Positions 16,432-25,468 of a stretch of DNA of 64,000 bases are shown here, one piece after another (within the stretch, counting starts at the first letter, position 1; every line of letters begins with the position of its first letter). The stretch comes from Solirubrobacterales bacterium. Its GTDB lineage: Bacteria; Actinomycetota; Thermoleophilia; Solirubrobacterales; Solirubrobacteraceae. The DNA lies in the NCBI GenBank assembly GCA_003244205.1, contig QHBW01000089.1:49-64048 (forward strand), written 5' to 3'. The notes under the pieces were generated by a model. The model was not told the origin of the DNA. It was given only the letters and a program-made list of their open reading frames with translations, and ran no database searches. Both the position numbers and the translations under genes were made by a program.

Positions 16432-19008
16432 GTGAGCACCGACATGGCACTCCCCATATTCCAGCCCATCCCCGGCCGCGGTGTCCGTGCGGGCAGATCG
16501 GTCACGCGCCTGGGCAAGTGTCTAGTTTCGAGCGCATGTGCGGTTTCGGTCCTGCTGGCGCTTTCAGCGCTCGTGCCAACGGCGGCGGCCGCGAGGGTGG
16601 GAGGGGTCTCGATCGTGGTGCTGTCCAACCGCGCGGATCTGATCTCCGGCGGAGACGCGCTCGTGGCGGTAGGGCTGCCTAGCGGCGTTGCGCCGTCGCG
16701 CATTCGGGTCACCCTCCGGAACCGCGACATCAGCGGCGAGTTCGCGTTGCGCCCCAACGGCCTCTACGAGGGGCTCGTAACGGGTTTGAGCAACGGCACG
16801 AACGTCCTGACCGCGGTAGTGCTCGACCCCGTGGACAAGCCTTATCCGGAGCCCGACGGCGACGAGCCTGCGGCGCGGCTCACGATCACGAACCACCCGA
16901 TCGGCGGTCCCGTGTTCTCAGGTCCGCAGGTGCAGCCATGGAAGTGCCAGCCGGGTGCGGTCGACAAGCAGTGCAACCAGCCAACGCAGTACAGCTTCGT
17001 GTACAAGTCGACCAGCCCACTCAAGCCGGGCTTTCAGCCATACAACCCGGCGAGTCCGCCGTCCGATGTCGCGATGACGACCACCGACCAGGGTGTCAGC
17101 GTGCCGTACATCGTGCGGATCGAAACGGGATACGAGGATCGCGACCAGTACAAGATCGCGACGCTGTATCGCCCGGGCGAGCCGTGGGCGCCCTGGGCGC
17201 CACAGAAGCAGTGGAACAACAAGCTGTTGATCACCCACGGCGCGAGCTGCAATGTCGACTACGCGACGGGCTCGGCGCCGAACGTCACCAGCTACAACCC
17301 GGCTGGCCTGCTCGGCCTGCCTGTGTCACTACCAGTGAGCCCGCTGGGAGACAGCGCCGAGTACGCGTTGGCCCACGGTTTCGCGGTCATGTCGACGGCG
17401 CTCGACAACAACGGTCACAACTGCGACGTCGTCACACAGGCCGAGTCGTTGCTGATGGCCAAGGAGCATCTGATCGAGTCCTACGGAACAGTTCGCTACA
17501 CGATCGGAGCCGGATGCTCGGGGGGCTCCCTGGCCCAGCAGTGGATCGCAAATGCCTATCCGGGGATCTACCAGGGGATCCTGCCAACCTGCTCCTTCCC
17601 GGACACATGGTCCAGCGCGACGCAGGTCATGGACTACCACCTGCTGCGCACCTACTTCGAGAACTCCTCCCATTGGGGCCCGGGAGTCGCGTGGCTACCC
17701 ACGCAATGGGCTCCGATCGAGGGCAACCTGCTGCCCGTCGACGCGATCGTGAGCGACATCGGGTTCTTCAACGCGATCGTCCCGACACATGCGTGCGGCG
17801 GTATCAGTGACCAGCAGCGCTACCAGCCGCAGACCAACCCTGCTGGCGTGCGCTGCTCGATCGCCGATCTCGCGATCAACGTCTTTGGTCCGCAGCCCAG
17901 CACGGTCTGGTCGGCCAACGAGACCAAGCTGGGCCACGGCTTCGCGGGCGTCCCGGTCGACAACGTCGGCGTGCAGTACGGGCTCAGCGCGCTCGCCGGC
18001 GGGCAGATCACGCCGGGTCAGTTCGTCGACCTGAACATGCGCATCGGGGGTCTGGACATCGACATCAACCCGACCGCGAAGCGCATCGCCGCCGGCCAGC
18101 CGGCCCTCGCCAACGCGTATCGCAGCGGGATGATCAACGAGACGAACAACCTCGACCAGACCGCGGTCATCGACTGCCGGGGACCCGACCCGGGGGCTGC
18201 GCACGACTCATATCGCGCGTTCGCGATTCGCGCGAGACTCGATCGCGAGCACGGCACGCACGCCAACCAGATGATCTGGGAGGGCCCGGCTCCGATCATC
18301 GGCGACACCAAGTGCACGGTCGAGAGCTTCGCGGCGATGGATCGCTGGCTCGCGGCGATCGAGGGGGATAGCAGCACCCAGCCGCTCGTGCGCAAGATCA
18401 TCAACGACAAGCCCGCCGACGTTCAGGACCAGTGCTGGGACGGCATCGGCACGAAGATCTCCAACGGCCTCTGCCCCCCGGGGATCGTCCCCGTGTACGG
18501 AACCCCTCGCACCGTCGCGGGCGACGCGATCACCACCGACGCCAACAAGTGCCAACTCAAGGCGCTTTCACGCAGCGACTACAAGGTCACCTTCACCGAC
18601 GACCAATGGGCGCAACTGCAAACGACGTTCCCGACCGGCGTGTGCGACTACTCCAAGCCCGGCGTCAGCCAGCAACCAACGATCCCGTGGCTGACCTACC
18701 AGGACGCCCAAGGCAACGTGATCTACGGGGGGCGGCCGCTCGGCACGCCGCCGAGCTCCACCGCGTGTGAAGCCACGCGGTCGCTGATCGTCGCCCTCCC
18801 ACGTTCACCGCGGGGCCAACGTCTGTCCTCCGCCCGCGTTTACCTGAACGGCAAGCAGGTGCGGTTGCTGCGCGGGCGAGCGCTGCGTTCGCCGATCGCG
18901 CTACACCGATTCCCCGCCGGAACGGTTCACGTCAAGATCGTCGCGCGCACCCGCGGCAGGCGGCGGGTCATCAGAAACGTTAGCTTCAGCGTCTGTACCG
19001 CGGCCTAA
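16432..19008 (+). CDS. secreted tannase/feruloyl-esterase-like alpha/beta hydrolase (DUF6351-like) with extra C-terminal module
   Basis: ORF 16432..19008. It has a signal sequence ...VSVLLALSALVPTAAAA, a nucleophile motif TIGAGCSGGSLAQ (GCSxGG type), and many Cys residues. The C-terminal 80 aa form a separate module (see findings). Confidence 0.8.
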   Translation: MSTDMALPIFQPIPGRGVRAGRSVTRLGKCLVSSACAVSVLLALSALVPTAAAARVGGVSIVVLSNRADLISGGDALVAVGLPSGVAPSRIRVTLRNRDISGEFALRPNGLYEGLVTGLSNGTNVLTAVVLDPVDKPYPEPDGDEPAARLTITNHPIGGPVFSGPQVQPWKCQPGAVDKQCNQPTQYSFVYKSTSPLKPGFQPYNPASPPSDVAMTTTDQGVSVPYIVRIETGYEDRDQYKIATLYRPGEPWAPWAPQKQWNNKLLITHGASCNVDYATGSAPNVTSYNPAGLLGLPVSLPVSPLGDSAEYALAHGFAVMSTALDNNGHNCDVVTQAESLLMAKEHLIESYGTVRYTIGAGCSGGSLAQQWIANAYPGIYQGILPTCSFPDTWSSATQVMDYHLLRTYFENSSHWGPGVAWLPTQWAPIEGNLLPVDAIVSDIGFFNAIVPTHACGGISDQQRYQPQTNPAGVRCSIADLAINVFGPQPSTVWSANETKLGHGFAGVPVDNVGVQYGLSALAGGQITPGQFVDLNMRIGGLDIDINPTAKRIAAGQPALANAYRSGMINETNNLDQTAVIDCRGPDPGAAHDSYRAFAIRARLDREHGTHANQMIWEGPAPIIGDTKCTVESFAAMDRWLAAIEGDSSTQPLVRKIINDKPADVQDQCWDGIGTKISNGLCPPGIVPVYGTPRTVAGDAITTDANKCQLKALSRSDYKVTFTDDQWAQLQTTFPTGVCDYSKPGVSQQPTIPWLTYQDAQGNVIYGGRPLGTPPSSTACEATRSLIVALPRSPRGQRLSSARVYLNGKQVRLLRGRALRSPIALHRFPAGTVHVKIVARTRGRRRVIRNVSFSVCTAA

Positions 19009-19056
19009 GTCTGGTCTGGGGCCAAGGCCACGTCGCCGCTTCCGTGCTCGCGATCG

Positions 19057-19416
19057 TCAGAGCCAATGGCGCAGGCTGGTCGCGTCGTCGCCGGGGTGGT
19101 CGTGCAGTAGACGCTCGAGCTGCGTGACCATGTGCCCGACCGTGCGCTTGTTGCCGCGCGGGTACTTGGCGGGGTCGACCAGAATGAGACCGTAGTGGGC
19201 GTGACCGCGTTGATCGGCAGCGCCGGCGAGGCTGGTGAAATCGCCGATGTTCTCGCTTACTACAGCGCGACGTTCCGCTAGTGCCGCGGCGAAGACGTCT
19301 GCGTCTGGGAGTGAGCGCAACTCCGCTCGCGCGGTCACAGCGTCGACGTCGGAACCGCGGAGGCGAAGCTGTTCAGCGATCGCAGCTGGGTACATCTCGT
19401 CTAGGAGTAGCCTCAA
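19057..19416 (-). CDS. DUF5615-family PIN-like (Mut7-C-like) protein, putative toxin
   Basis: The TTG start at 19416 overlaps the upstream stop (TTGA). The sequence is LRLLLDEMYPAAIAEQLRLRGSDVDAV...VVSENIGDFTSL...GLILVD. Confidence 0.65.
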   Translation of the reverse strand: MRLLLDEMYPAAIAEQLRLRGSDVDAVTARAELRSLPDADVFAAALAERRAVVSENIGDFTSLAGAADQRGHAHYGLILVDPAKYPRGNKRTVGHMVTQLERLLHDHPGDDATSLRHWL

Positions 19417-19856
19417 GCGAGCGCTTCCCGCACTCGCTCCCACGCGGAATGTTGACGTTCGGCCTCCTGGCGGTTGCGCAGGATCCACCCGTCCACCTCT
19501 TCGCGATAATCGGCGTAGTAGTGAACGGCCACACGTACCTGAACGGGCGTCAGGTTGCCCCATTCGGCCGCGGCCCCTAGTGCCTCCTCGCCACTGAGTC
19601 CTGTGCCCTTGACCGTCTCGATGACTTCCCACACATCTGGTCCGCCGGCGAGTGCCGCGCGGCGCCCGGTTGGTCCATCGCGAAAGACAATGCCCGGATG
19701 GTCCTCCATGCACAGGCCCTCGTCGATAAGCCGTTCGGCCGTCCTTGCCTTCGCCTCGCCACGCCGGCGAGCACCGGCGTCGAGACGGGCGAGCGTGCGC
19801 GCGCTCATGCGAATCGAGAACGGCTTCTGCGTTGCTGACCTGGCCACGTAGTTCAT
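19413..19856 (-). CDS. DUF433 domain protein, putative antitoxin
   Basis: ORF 19413..19856. HPGIVFRDGPTGRRAALAGGPDVWEVIETVKG...LTPVQVRVAVHYY is DUF433-like. The N-terminus (SIRMSARTLARLD) looks ribbon-helix-helix-like. Confidence 0.7.
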   Translation of the reverse strand: MNYVARSATQKPFSIRMSARTLARLDAGARRRGEAKARTAERLIDEGLCMEDHPGIVFRDGPTGRRAALAGGPDVWEVIETVKGTGLSGEEALGAAAEWGNLTPVQVRVAVHYYADYREEVDGWILRNRQEAERQHSAWERVREALA

Positions 19857-19878
19857 TGTAGGCTAACCAACTACGTGG
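19844..19878 (-). promoter_or_regulatory. candidate operator: 10-bp perfect inverted repeat CCACGTAGTT-N15-AACTACGTGG bracketing the DUF433 start codon
   Basis: The arms at 19844-19853 and 19869-19878 are exact reverse complements. TACAAT (-10-like) lies between them on the minus strand. Confidence 0.35.
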
Positions 19879-19948
19879 AGGCTGGGATCGGGTCTGCGGG
19901 CACCTCCGACCGTTGACGCGCCATAGCGCCTGTGACAATCCGATCGGC

Positions 19949-20377
19949 ATGTCGGAGCCGACCGTCACCACCCACCGCGCCGAGGTGGTCTGGAAAGGAA
20001 CCAAACAGGATTTGCGCGCGCACACCATCCGGCTTGCCGAGCAGACGCTCAACTGCTCGAGCGCGCCGGAGCTCGGCGGGAACGCAGCCTTGGCCGATCC
20101 CGAGGAGCTGTTCGTCGCCTCGCTCTCGAGCTGCCACATGCTGTGGTTCCTGTACCTCGCCCAGCGTGAGCGACATCGCGTCCTGGCCTACGCGGACCAT
20201 CCCGAGGGCACGATGGACGGCACACGCTTCGTGGGCGTGGCGCTGCGCCCCCGCGTGACCTTCGAGACCGAGGTTGCACCCGAGCTGATCGAGCGCCTGC
20301 ACCATGCGGCCCATGCGGCCTGCTTCATCGCCAACTCGGTGCGCTGCCCGGTCAGCATCGAACCGCCCTCGGCCTAG
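19949..20377 (+). CDS. OsmC-family peroxiredoxin-like protein
   Basis: Frame of ORF 19913..20377, starting at MSEPTVTTHRAEVVWKG. The two conserved Cys contexts LSSCHMLWF and AACFIANS are present. Confidence 0.8.
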   Translation: MSEPTVTTHRAEVVWKGTKQDLRAHTIRLAEQTLNCSSAPELGGNAALADPEELFVASLSSCHMLWFLYLAQRERHRVLAYADHPEGTMDGTRFVGVALRPRVTFETEVAPELIERLHHAAHAACFIANSVRCPVSIEPPSA

Positions 20378-20450
20378 GCGTCCGCCTCGCGCCTGCAGCA
20401 AATCCGGCGCAAACGGGCCTCGCGTGCGTTATAACGGATAGGCGTAGAAC

Positions 20451-20654
20451 GTGAAGGACAACATGGCCCAGCAACCGCACATCGATCCAGCGAAGTTCCA
20501 CGGCGCTTTCAGCTACGAGCAATGCGATGTCCCGACGGACATGACGCTCGTGAACTACCGGCGCGCCTCAGCCAGTCCCCAGCCCCCCGCGGGCGCCCGG
20601 CGCCTGCGTGTCCGCCGCGTCAAGCGGATGGCGAGCGCGAACCGCGCGCGCTAG
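20451..20654 (+). CDS. small hypothetical protein (67 aa)
   Basis: ORF 20451..20654 has good GC3 bias and a basic C-terminus. I recognise no family. Confidence 0.4.
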   Translation: MKDNMAQQPHIDPAKFHGAFSYEQCDVPTDMTLVNYRRASASPQPPAGARRLRVRRVKRMASANRAR

Positions 20655-21415
20655 CTGTCCGGGACGATCGCCACGACACGCGCTGGCGCCGCGCTCCCGC
20701 CGATCAGCCGCAGCGGAAAGCACGCCAGCTGAAATCCCGTCGGCGGGAGGGCGCCCAGGTTCGCCAACCGCTCGATCTGGCAGTAAGGGAGGTCGGCCTG
20801 GTGTGCCGCCCAGAAGATCCCCGGTTCATCGGCAGCGCGGGCCTGCTCGGCCTGGAGATTGAGCGGCGCGTCCCACCCCCAGGCGTCGATCCCCATCACG
20901 CGAACCCCGCGCTCAAACAGCCAGCGGGTCGCTCCCGGGCTCACGCCGGGACCGCGAACCATGTAGTCGGGCGCGTCGAGAAACTCGTCCCGGCCGGTGC
21001 GCAGCAGCACGATCTCGCGCTCGCCGAGCCGGTGGCCGATGCGCTTGAGCTCTTGCTTCAGGTCCGTCTCATCGATGACCTCGCCGTCCGCACGCGAGCT
21101 GAAGTCGAGCACAACGCCGGGTGCGAAGAACCACTCCAGCGGCAGCTCGTCGATCGTCTGAGCTAGCTCGCCGACGATCGTCGAGTTGTAGTGCCACGGC
21201 GCGTCGACGTGGGTGCTGTTATGGGTGCCGAAGCGAAGGAAGTCCTCGGTCGCCCATCCTTCTTCGTTGCGCAGCAGCCGCGCCGGAACGCCGAAGCGCT
21301 GCTCGACGATCGCCGCTCCCGCGGCGTGATCGGAGAACGCGATCTCCGTCCGCAGCGGCTCCGGTGTCCCGGGCGGCGAGTTGACGATGGGAGCAGAAAG
21401 ATCGATCAGCGCCAC
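20651..21415 (-). CDS. cyclase-family protein (kynurenine formamidase-like, PF04199 type)
   Basis: FGTHNSTHVDAPWHY (HxGTHxDxPxH-like), LLRTGRD and GIDAWGWD are present. The start is taken at GTG 21415 (VALIDLSAPI). Confidence 0.8.
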   Translation of the reverse strand: MALIDLSAPIVNSPPGTPEPLRTEIAFSDHAAGAAIVEQRFGVPARLLRNEEGWATEDFLRFGTHNSTHVDAPWHYNSTIVGELAQTIDELPLEWFFAPGVVLDFSSRADGEVIDETDLKQELKRIGHRLGEREIVLLRTGRDEFLDAPDYMVRGPGVSPGATRWLFERGVRVMGIDAWGWDAPLNLQAEQARAADEPGIFWAAHQADLPYCQIERLANLGALPPTGFQLACFPLRLIGGSAAPARVVAIVPDS

Positions 21416-21513
21416 GATGGCTCCGCCGAGACCGGACAGCGGGCGGGTAGAACGTAGCGCCCGCGGGTAGCGAACGCCGTGAAGACCGCCAACCACAGCT
21501 GACGGAGGTCACC

Positions 21514-21765
21514 GTGGCACCGACAAAAGCGAAGCGCAGCGCCGCCGCCAAGAAGGCGGCGGCGACGCGCAAGCGAAACGCAGCCAAGAAGAGCGAACAG
21601 CAGCTCAAGTCCACCGCCCAGGGCGCTGCACGGGAGATCGCCGGCGCGGCGGAGATCGCTGCGAAGGCCGTGCGCCGGACGGCGAAGCAGGCGGCGACCA
21701 CCGCGAGCAAGCGGGTCAGCGCCGAGAGGGGCCGCTCCGGCAAGGCCCCGAAAGGGAAGCGCTAG
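21514..21765 (+). CDS. small Lys/Ala-rich basic protein (histone H1-like tail composition)
   Basis: ORF 21514..21765. The GTG start is preceded by GGAGG. The sequence is APTKAKRSAAAKKAAATRKRNAAKK... Confidence 0.55.
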   Translation: MAPTKAKRSAAAKKAAATRKRNAAKKSEQQLKSTAQGAAREIAGAAEIAAKAVRRTAKQAATTASKRVSAERGRSGKAPKGKR

Positions 21766-21787
21766 CCGCGACGCGGCGCACTGACCC

Positions 21788-22315
21788 CTAGCGCAGGTGT
21801 GTCAGCAGCGCGGTGTTCGCGGTCCTGATCTGCTGAACGGCGCTGGCGGCCTTGCTCTGGGCGTCTCGGCCGAGCGCGGTGTTTGCCTGGGTCGTCGCCT
21901 GGGCTAGCTGGGTTAGCGCTCCGTCGAGCTGCCGGATCGCGACCACGAGGTCGTTCTGCTGGGACTGGACGCCGGACGGCGGCGTCAGCGCCGCGACCTG
22001 GTTGGCCAAGGTGTTGGTGGCGCCCGCGTACGCCGCAATCGCGGTCGCTTGCGCGCTGCGCTTGCCGGCTCGTTGCATCGCGCCGGTGAACGTCTGGTCG
22101 GCGAGCGCCCAAGGCCGAACCGCCGCCTGCACCTGCTGCAGGTAGGCCCTCGCTGCCGGACTGAGTGCGGTCGCCGTCGTTGCGCTCGACGAGGCGCCGG
22201 GGCTCGTCGAGCTGCCCCCCGAGCTCGCCGAGCTGCCGGAGCCCCCTCCGCAGCCCGCATACGCGAGGCCGAGCGCCACAGCCGCGACGGCCAGAGTGAG
22301 TGGTCGCCGCTCCAT
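21788..22315 (-). CDS. lipoprotein of unknown function
   Basis: Starts at ATG 22315: MERRPLTLAVAAVALGLAYAGCGGG (lipobox), then a Ser-rich linker and a helical Ala/Gln-rich domain. Confidence 0.65.
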   Translation of the reverse strand: MERRPLTLAVAAVALGLAYAGCGGGSGSSASSGGSSTSPGASSSATTATALSPAARAYLQQVQAAVRPWALADQTFTGAMQRAGKRSAQATAIAAYAGATNTLANQVAALTPPSGVQSQQNDLVVAIRQLDGALTQLAQATTQANTALGRDAQSKAASAVQQIRTANTALLTHLR

Positions 22316-22359
22316 CGGCACGGCAGTGTAGCCCCGGCGCCTGCGATCCTCAGCCACCC

Positions 22360-24354
22360 GTGAGCGCCCCTGCGACCCTCTGGACGCCGTCGAAAGAGCG
22401 CATCGAGCGCGCCACGATGACGCGCTATCAGCGCTGGCTGGCCGAGCATCGCGGCGTGCGCACCGAAGGCTATGACGAGCTCTGGCAGTGGTCGGTCGAC
22501 GAGATCGAGGCGTTCTGGTCCTCGATCTGCGAATTCCTTGATCTGCGCTTCGAGACGCCAGCGCAACGCGTCCTGGGCCGGCGCGAGATGCCGGGCGCCG
22601 AGTGGTTCCCCGGTGCGCGCGTGAGCTACGCCGAGCACATCTTCCGCGGGCGCGACGGTCGCGGCGAGGAGGACGTCGTGATCCGCCATGCCTCCGAGCT
22701 GCGCGAGCTCGGTGAGTGGACACGCGGCGACCTGCGACGCCACACCGCCGCGATCGCCGCCGGGCTGCGCGCGCAGGGCGTCCAGGCGGGCGATCGTGTC
22801 GTCGCCTACCTCCCCAACATCCCCGAGACGGTCGCCGCCTTCTTCGCCTGCGCGAGCATCGGCGCGGTCTGGTCGAGCTGCTCGCCGGACTTCGGCGTGC
22901 GCAGCGTCGTCGATCGCTTCGCTCAGATTCAGCCCACCGTGCTGCTGGCGGTCGACGGCTACCGCTACGGGGGGCGAGACTTCGATCGCCTCGATGTCGT
23001 CGCCCGGCTGCAGGCGGAGATGCCGAGCCTGCGCGCGACCGCGGTGCTCGGCTACCTCGATCCCACGCCCGATCTCGACCGCCTCGCCGCCAACACGATG
23101 ACCTGGGACCAGCTCGAAGCCGCCGGTGCGGGGTCGCCGCCGACGTTCGAGCCGCTGGACTTCGATCACCCGCTGTGGGTGCTCTACAGCTCCGGTACCA
23201 CCGGGCTGCCCAAGCCGATCGTTCACGGTCAGGGCGGAATCCTGCTCGAGCATTCCAAGAAGCACCACCTCCACGTCGACGCGCAGGCCGGCGACCGCGT
23301 CTTCTGGTTCACCACCACGGGCTGGATGATGTGGAACTTCCTCGTCTCGATCCTGCTCACCGATGCGTCGATCGTGCTCTACGACGGCAACCCCGGACAC
23401 CCCGACCTCGGCACGCTCTGGGACCTCGCCGAGCGCACCGGGATGACGTGCTTGGGCACGAGCGCGAGCTACATCGCCTCATGCATGAAGGCCGAGCTGC
23501 AGCCGGCGCGCGACCGCGACCTATCTGCGCTCGACAGCGTCGGATCGACGGGCTCGCCGCTTTCGCCCGAGGGCTTCCAGTGGGTCTACGACCAGCTCGG
23601 CGCCGACACCTGGCTGTTCTCGACATCTGGGGGCACCGACGTCTGCACCGCGTTCGTCGGGGGCGTGCCGATCCTGCCCGTCTACCGCGGCGAGCTCCAG
23701 GGCCGCGCGCTCGGCGCGAAGGTCGAGGCTTGGGATCCCGACGGGCGCTCGCTCGTCGACGAGGTCGGCGAGCTCGTGATCAGCGAGCCGATGCCCTCGA
23801 TGCCGATCTACTTCTGGGGCGACGACGACGGATCGCGCTACCGCGAGAGCTACTTCACGATGTACCCCGGCGTCTGGCGTCACGGAGATTGGATCACGAT
23901 CACCGAGCGCGGCACGGCCGTGATCTCGGGACGTTCTGACTCGACGATCAACCGCGGCGGTATCCGCATGGGCACGAGCGAGATCTACCGCGCGGTGCTC
24001 GCCGTCGACGAGGTTGTGGACGCCCTCGTCGTCGATCTCCCCAAAGAAGGCACTGAGGGCTGGATGCCGCTGTTCGTCGTGCTGCGCGACGGCTTCGCGC
24101 TCGACGATCAGCTGGTGGCGCAGATCAAGCGTCGCATCCGGGAGGACTGCTCGCCGCGCCACGTGCCCAACGAGCTCCGCCAGATCGCCGAGGTACCGAG
24201 GACGCTGTCGGGCAAGCTGCTCGAGGTCCCCGTCAAGCGCATCCTGATGGGAACTCCGCCGGAGAAGGCGGCGAGCCGGGAGTCGCTGGCGAACCCGAGC
24301 GCGCTCGACGTGTTCGTGGAGATGGCGGCGGCCGGGGCCGGGGTCAGCGGCTAA
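22360..24354 (+). CDS. acetoacetate-CoA ligase (acetoacetyl-CoA synthetase)
   Basis: Starts at GTG 22360 (VSAPATLWTPSKERIERA...). LYSSGTTGLPK (AMP-binding), the TTGWMMW context, SGRSDSTINRGGIRMGTSEIY and the GKLLEVPVKR tail are present. Confidence 0.9.
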   Translation: MSAPATLWTPSKERIERATMTRYQRWLAEHRGVRTEGYDELWQWSVDEIEAFWSSICEFLDLRFETPAQRVLGRREMPGAEWFPGARVSYAEHIFRGRDGRGEEDVVIRHASELRELGEWTRGDLRRHTAAIAAGLRAQGVQAGDRVVAYLPNIPETVAAFFACASIGAVWSSCSPDFGVRSVVDRFAQIQPTVLLAVDGYRYGGRDFDRLDVVARLQAEMPSLRATAVLGYLDPTPDLDRLAANTMTWDQLEAAGAGSPPTFEPLDFDHPLWVLYSSGTTGLPKPIVHGQGGILLEHSKKHHLHVDAQAGDRVFWFTTTGWMMWNFLVSILLTDASIVLYDGNPGHPDLGTLWDLAERTGMTCLGTSASYIASCMKAELQPARDRDLSALDSVGSTGSPLSPEGFQWVYDQLGADTWLFSTSGGTDVCTAFVGGVPILPVYRGELQGRALGAKVEAWDPDGRSLVDEVGELVISEPMPSMPIYFWGDDDGSRYRESYFTMYPGVWRHGDWITITERGTAVISGRSDSTINRGGIRMGTSEIYRAVLAVDEVVDALVVDLPKEGTEGWMPLFVVLRDGFALDDQLVAQIKRRIREDCSPRHVPNELRQIAEVPRTLSGKLLEVPVKRILMGTPPEKAASRESLANPSALDVFVEMAAAGAGVSG

Positions 24355-25190
24355 GGGCCGGACGCCCGCAGCTCGAGCACCGCCACCTCGGGCGGCATCC
24401 CAAAGCGCAGTGGCAGGCCAGCCTGGCCGACGCCGCTGGAGACATAGAGCAGGCGTCCGAGCTCCTCGACGACGCCGACTCGGTAGCGGCCGCCGAACAG
24501 CGTCGGCGTCTTCAGCCGCCACAGCAGCGGGATCGCGATCTGTCCGCCGTGGAGGTGACCGGCGACCGTCAGCGCGACGCGGCTGGGGACGCGTGGGAAG
24601 AGGTCCGGGTCATGGGTGACCGCGATCACTGCCGCATCGTCGGGCACCGCGGCGAGCGCGGCCGCGGGATCGGGGGCGCGCGTGCGGAAGTCGCCGAAGC
24701 CCGCCACCCACAGTGGCGCCGGCGCGTCGAGCGCCAGCGCGCGGTCCTCCAGGATCTCGATGCCGGCATCGCGCAGGGCACGCTGCAGGCGGGCGGCGTG
24801 GTTGATCCAGTCGTGATTGCCGAGCACCGCGAAGCGACCGAGCGAGGCGCGCAGCTCGCCGAGCGCGCGCGCGATCGGCTCGGGCTCTGTCCACTCGCCG
24901 AAGAGCACGTCGGGGTCGGTGAAGTCGCCTGGAAGCACGACGAGGTCGGGCGCCGCGGCGTTCAGTCGCGCCACGACGTGGCGAACACGTGCCGCGTTGG
25001 CGCCTGGTCCGCCGGCATGGATGTCGGCGAGGACGCCGACGCGCAGACCGTCGAGCGCTGACGGCCAGCCCGGGGGATGCAGGACGATCTCCCTGACGAC
25101 CAGGCGGCGGGGCTCGATCAGCACGGCGTACGCGAGCGCGCCTGCGCCTACAGCCGCGCCGGCAAGGACGCGATGGCGAGGGAAGCGCAT
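24351..25190 (-). CDS. metallophosphoesterase (calcineurin-like, YkuE-type)
   Basis: ORF 24351..25190. It has an N-terminal TM and the motifs LADIHAG, LPGDF, GNHD and VAGHLHGGQ. Confidence 0.85.
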   Translation of the reverse strand: MRFPRHRVLAGAAVGAGALAYAVLIEPRRLVVREIVLHPPGWPSALDGLRVGVLADIHAGGPGANAARVRHVVARLNAAAPDLVVLPGDFTDPDVLFGEWTEPEPIARALGELRASLGRFAVLGNHDWINHAARLQRALRDAGIEILEDRALALDAPAPLWVAGFGDFRTRAPDPAAALAAVPDDAAVIAVTHDPDLFPRVPSRVALTVAGHLHGGQIAIPLLWRLKTPTLFGGRYRVGVVEELGRLLYVSSGVGQAGLPLRFGMPPEVAVLELRASGP

Positions 25191-25241
25191 CGCGGGCCCA
25201 GGCTACTTCCGCAAGGCGATGGAGGCTTATGCTCAGCTGCC

Positions 25242-25433
25242 GTGCTGGCGCTCTCGAAAGCAAATCTGGAAGGCATCCTCGGCCTTCTCGTGATCGTCGC
25301 GGGGTTTGCGATCTGCGCGGCGCTGTGGTACCTGATGGTGTGGCGTCCGTCGCGCGCGGAGCGCCGCGAGCGCTTGGCGCGCGAGTCGGGGCGCTCACAG
25401 GATCCGCGTGCCGATGGGCCCACCCGCGGCTGA
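25242..25433 (+). CDS. small single-TM membrane protein (63 aa)
   Basis: GTG 25242 in the frame of ORF 25077..25433. The sequence is LALSKANLEGILGLLVIVAGFAICAALWYLMVW followed by a basic tail. Confidence 0.4.
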   Translation: MLALSKANLEGILGLLVIVAGFAICAALWYLMVWRPSRAERRERLARESGRSQDPRADGPTRG

Positions 25434-25468
25434 CGGCCGACGGCTGACGGCTAAGCGCCGGGCCGCGC

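Noticed and set aside
19855-19872. IdeR/DtxR iron box (core TAGGCTAACC identical to the centre of TTAGGTTAGGCTAACCTAA)
   Set aside because: Only about 13 of 19 positions match. The outer half-site bases that matter are wrong. The site sits inside a different, perfect 10-bp inverted repeat of a TA promoter.
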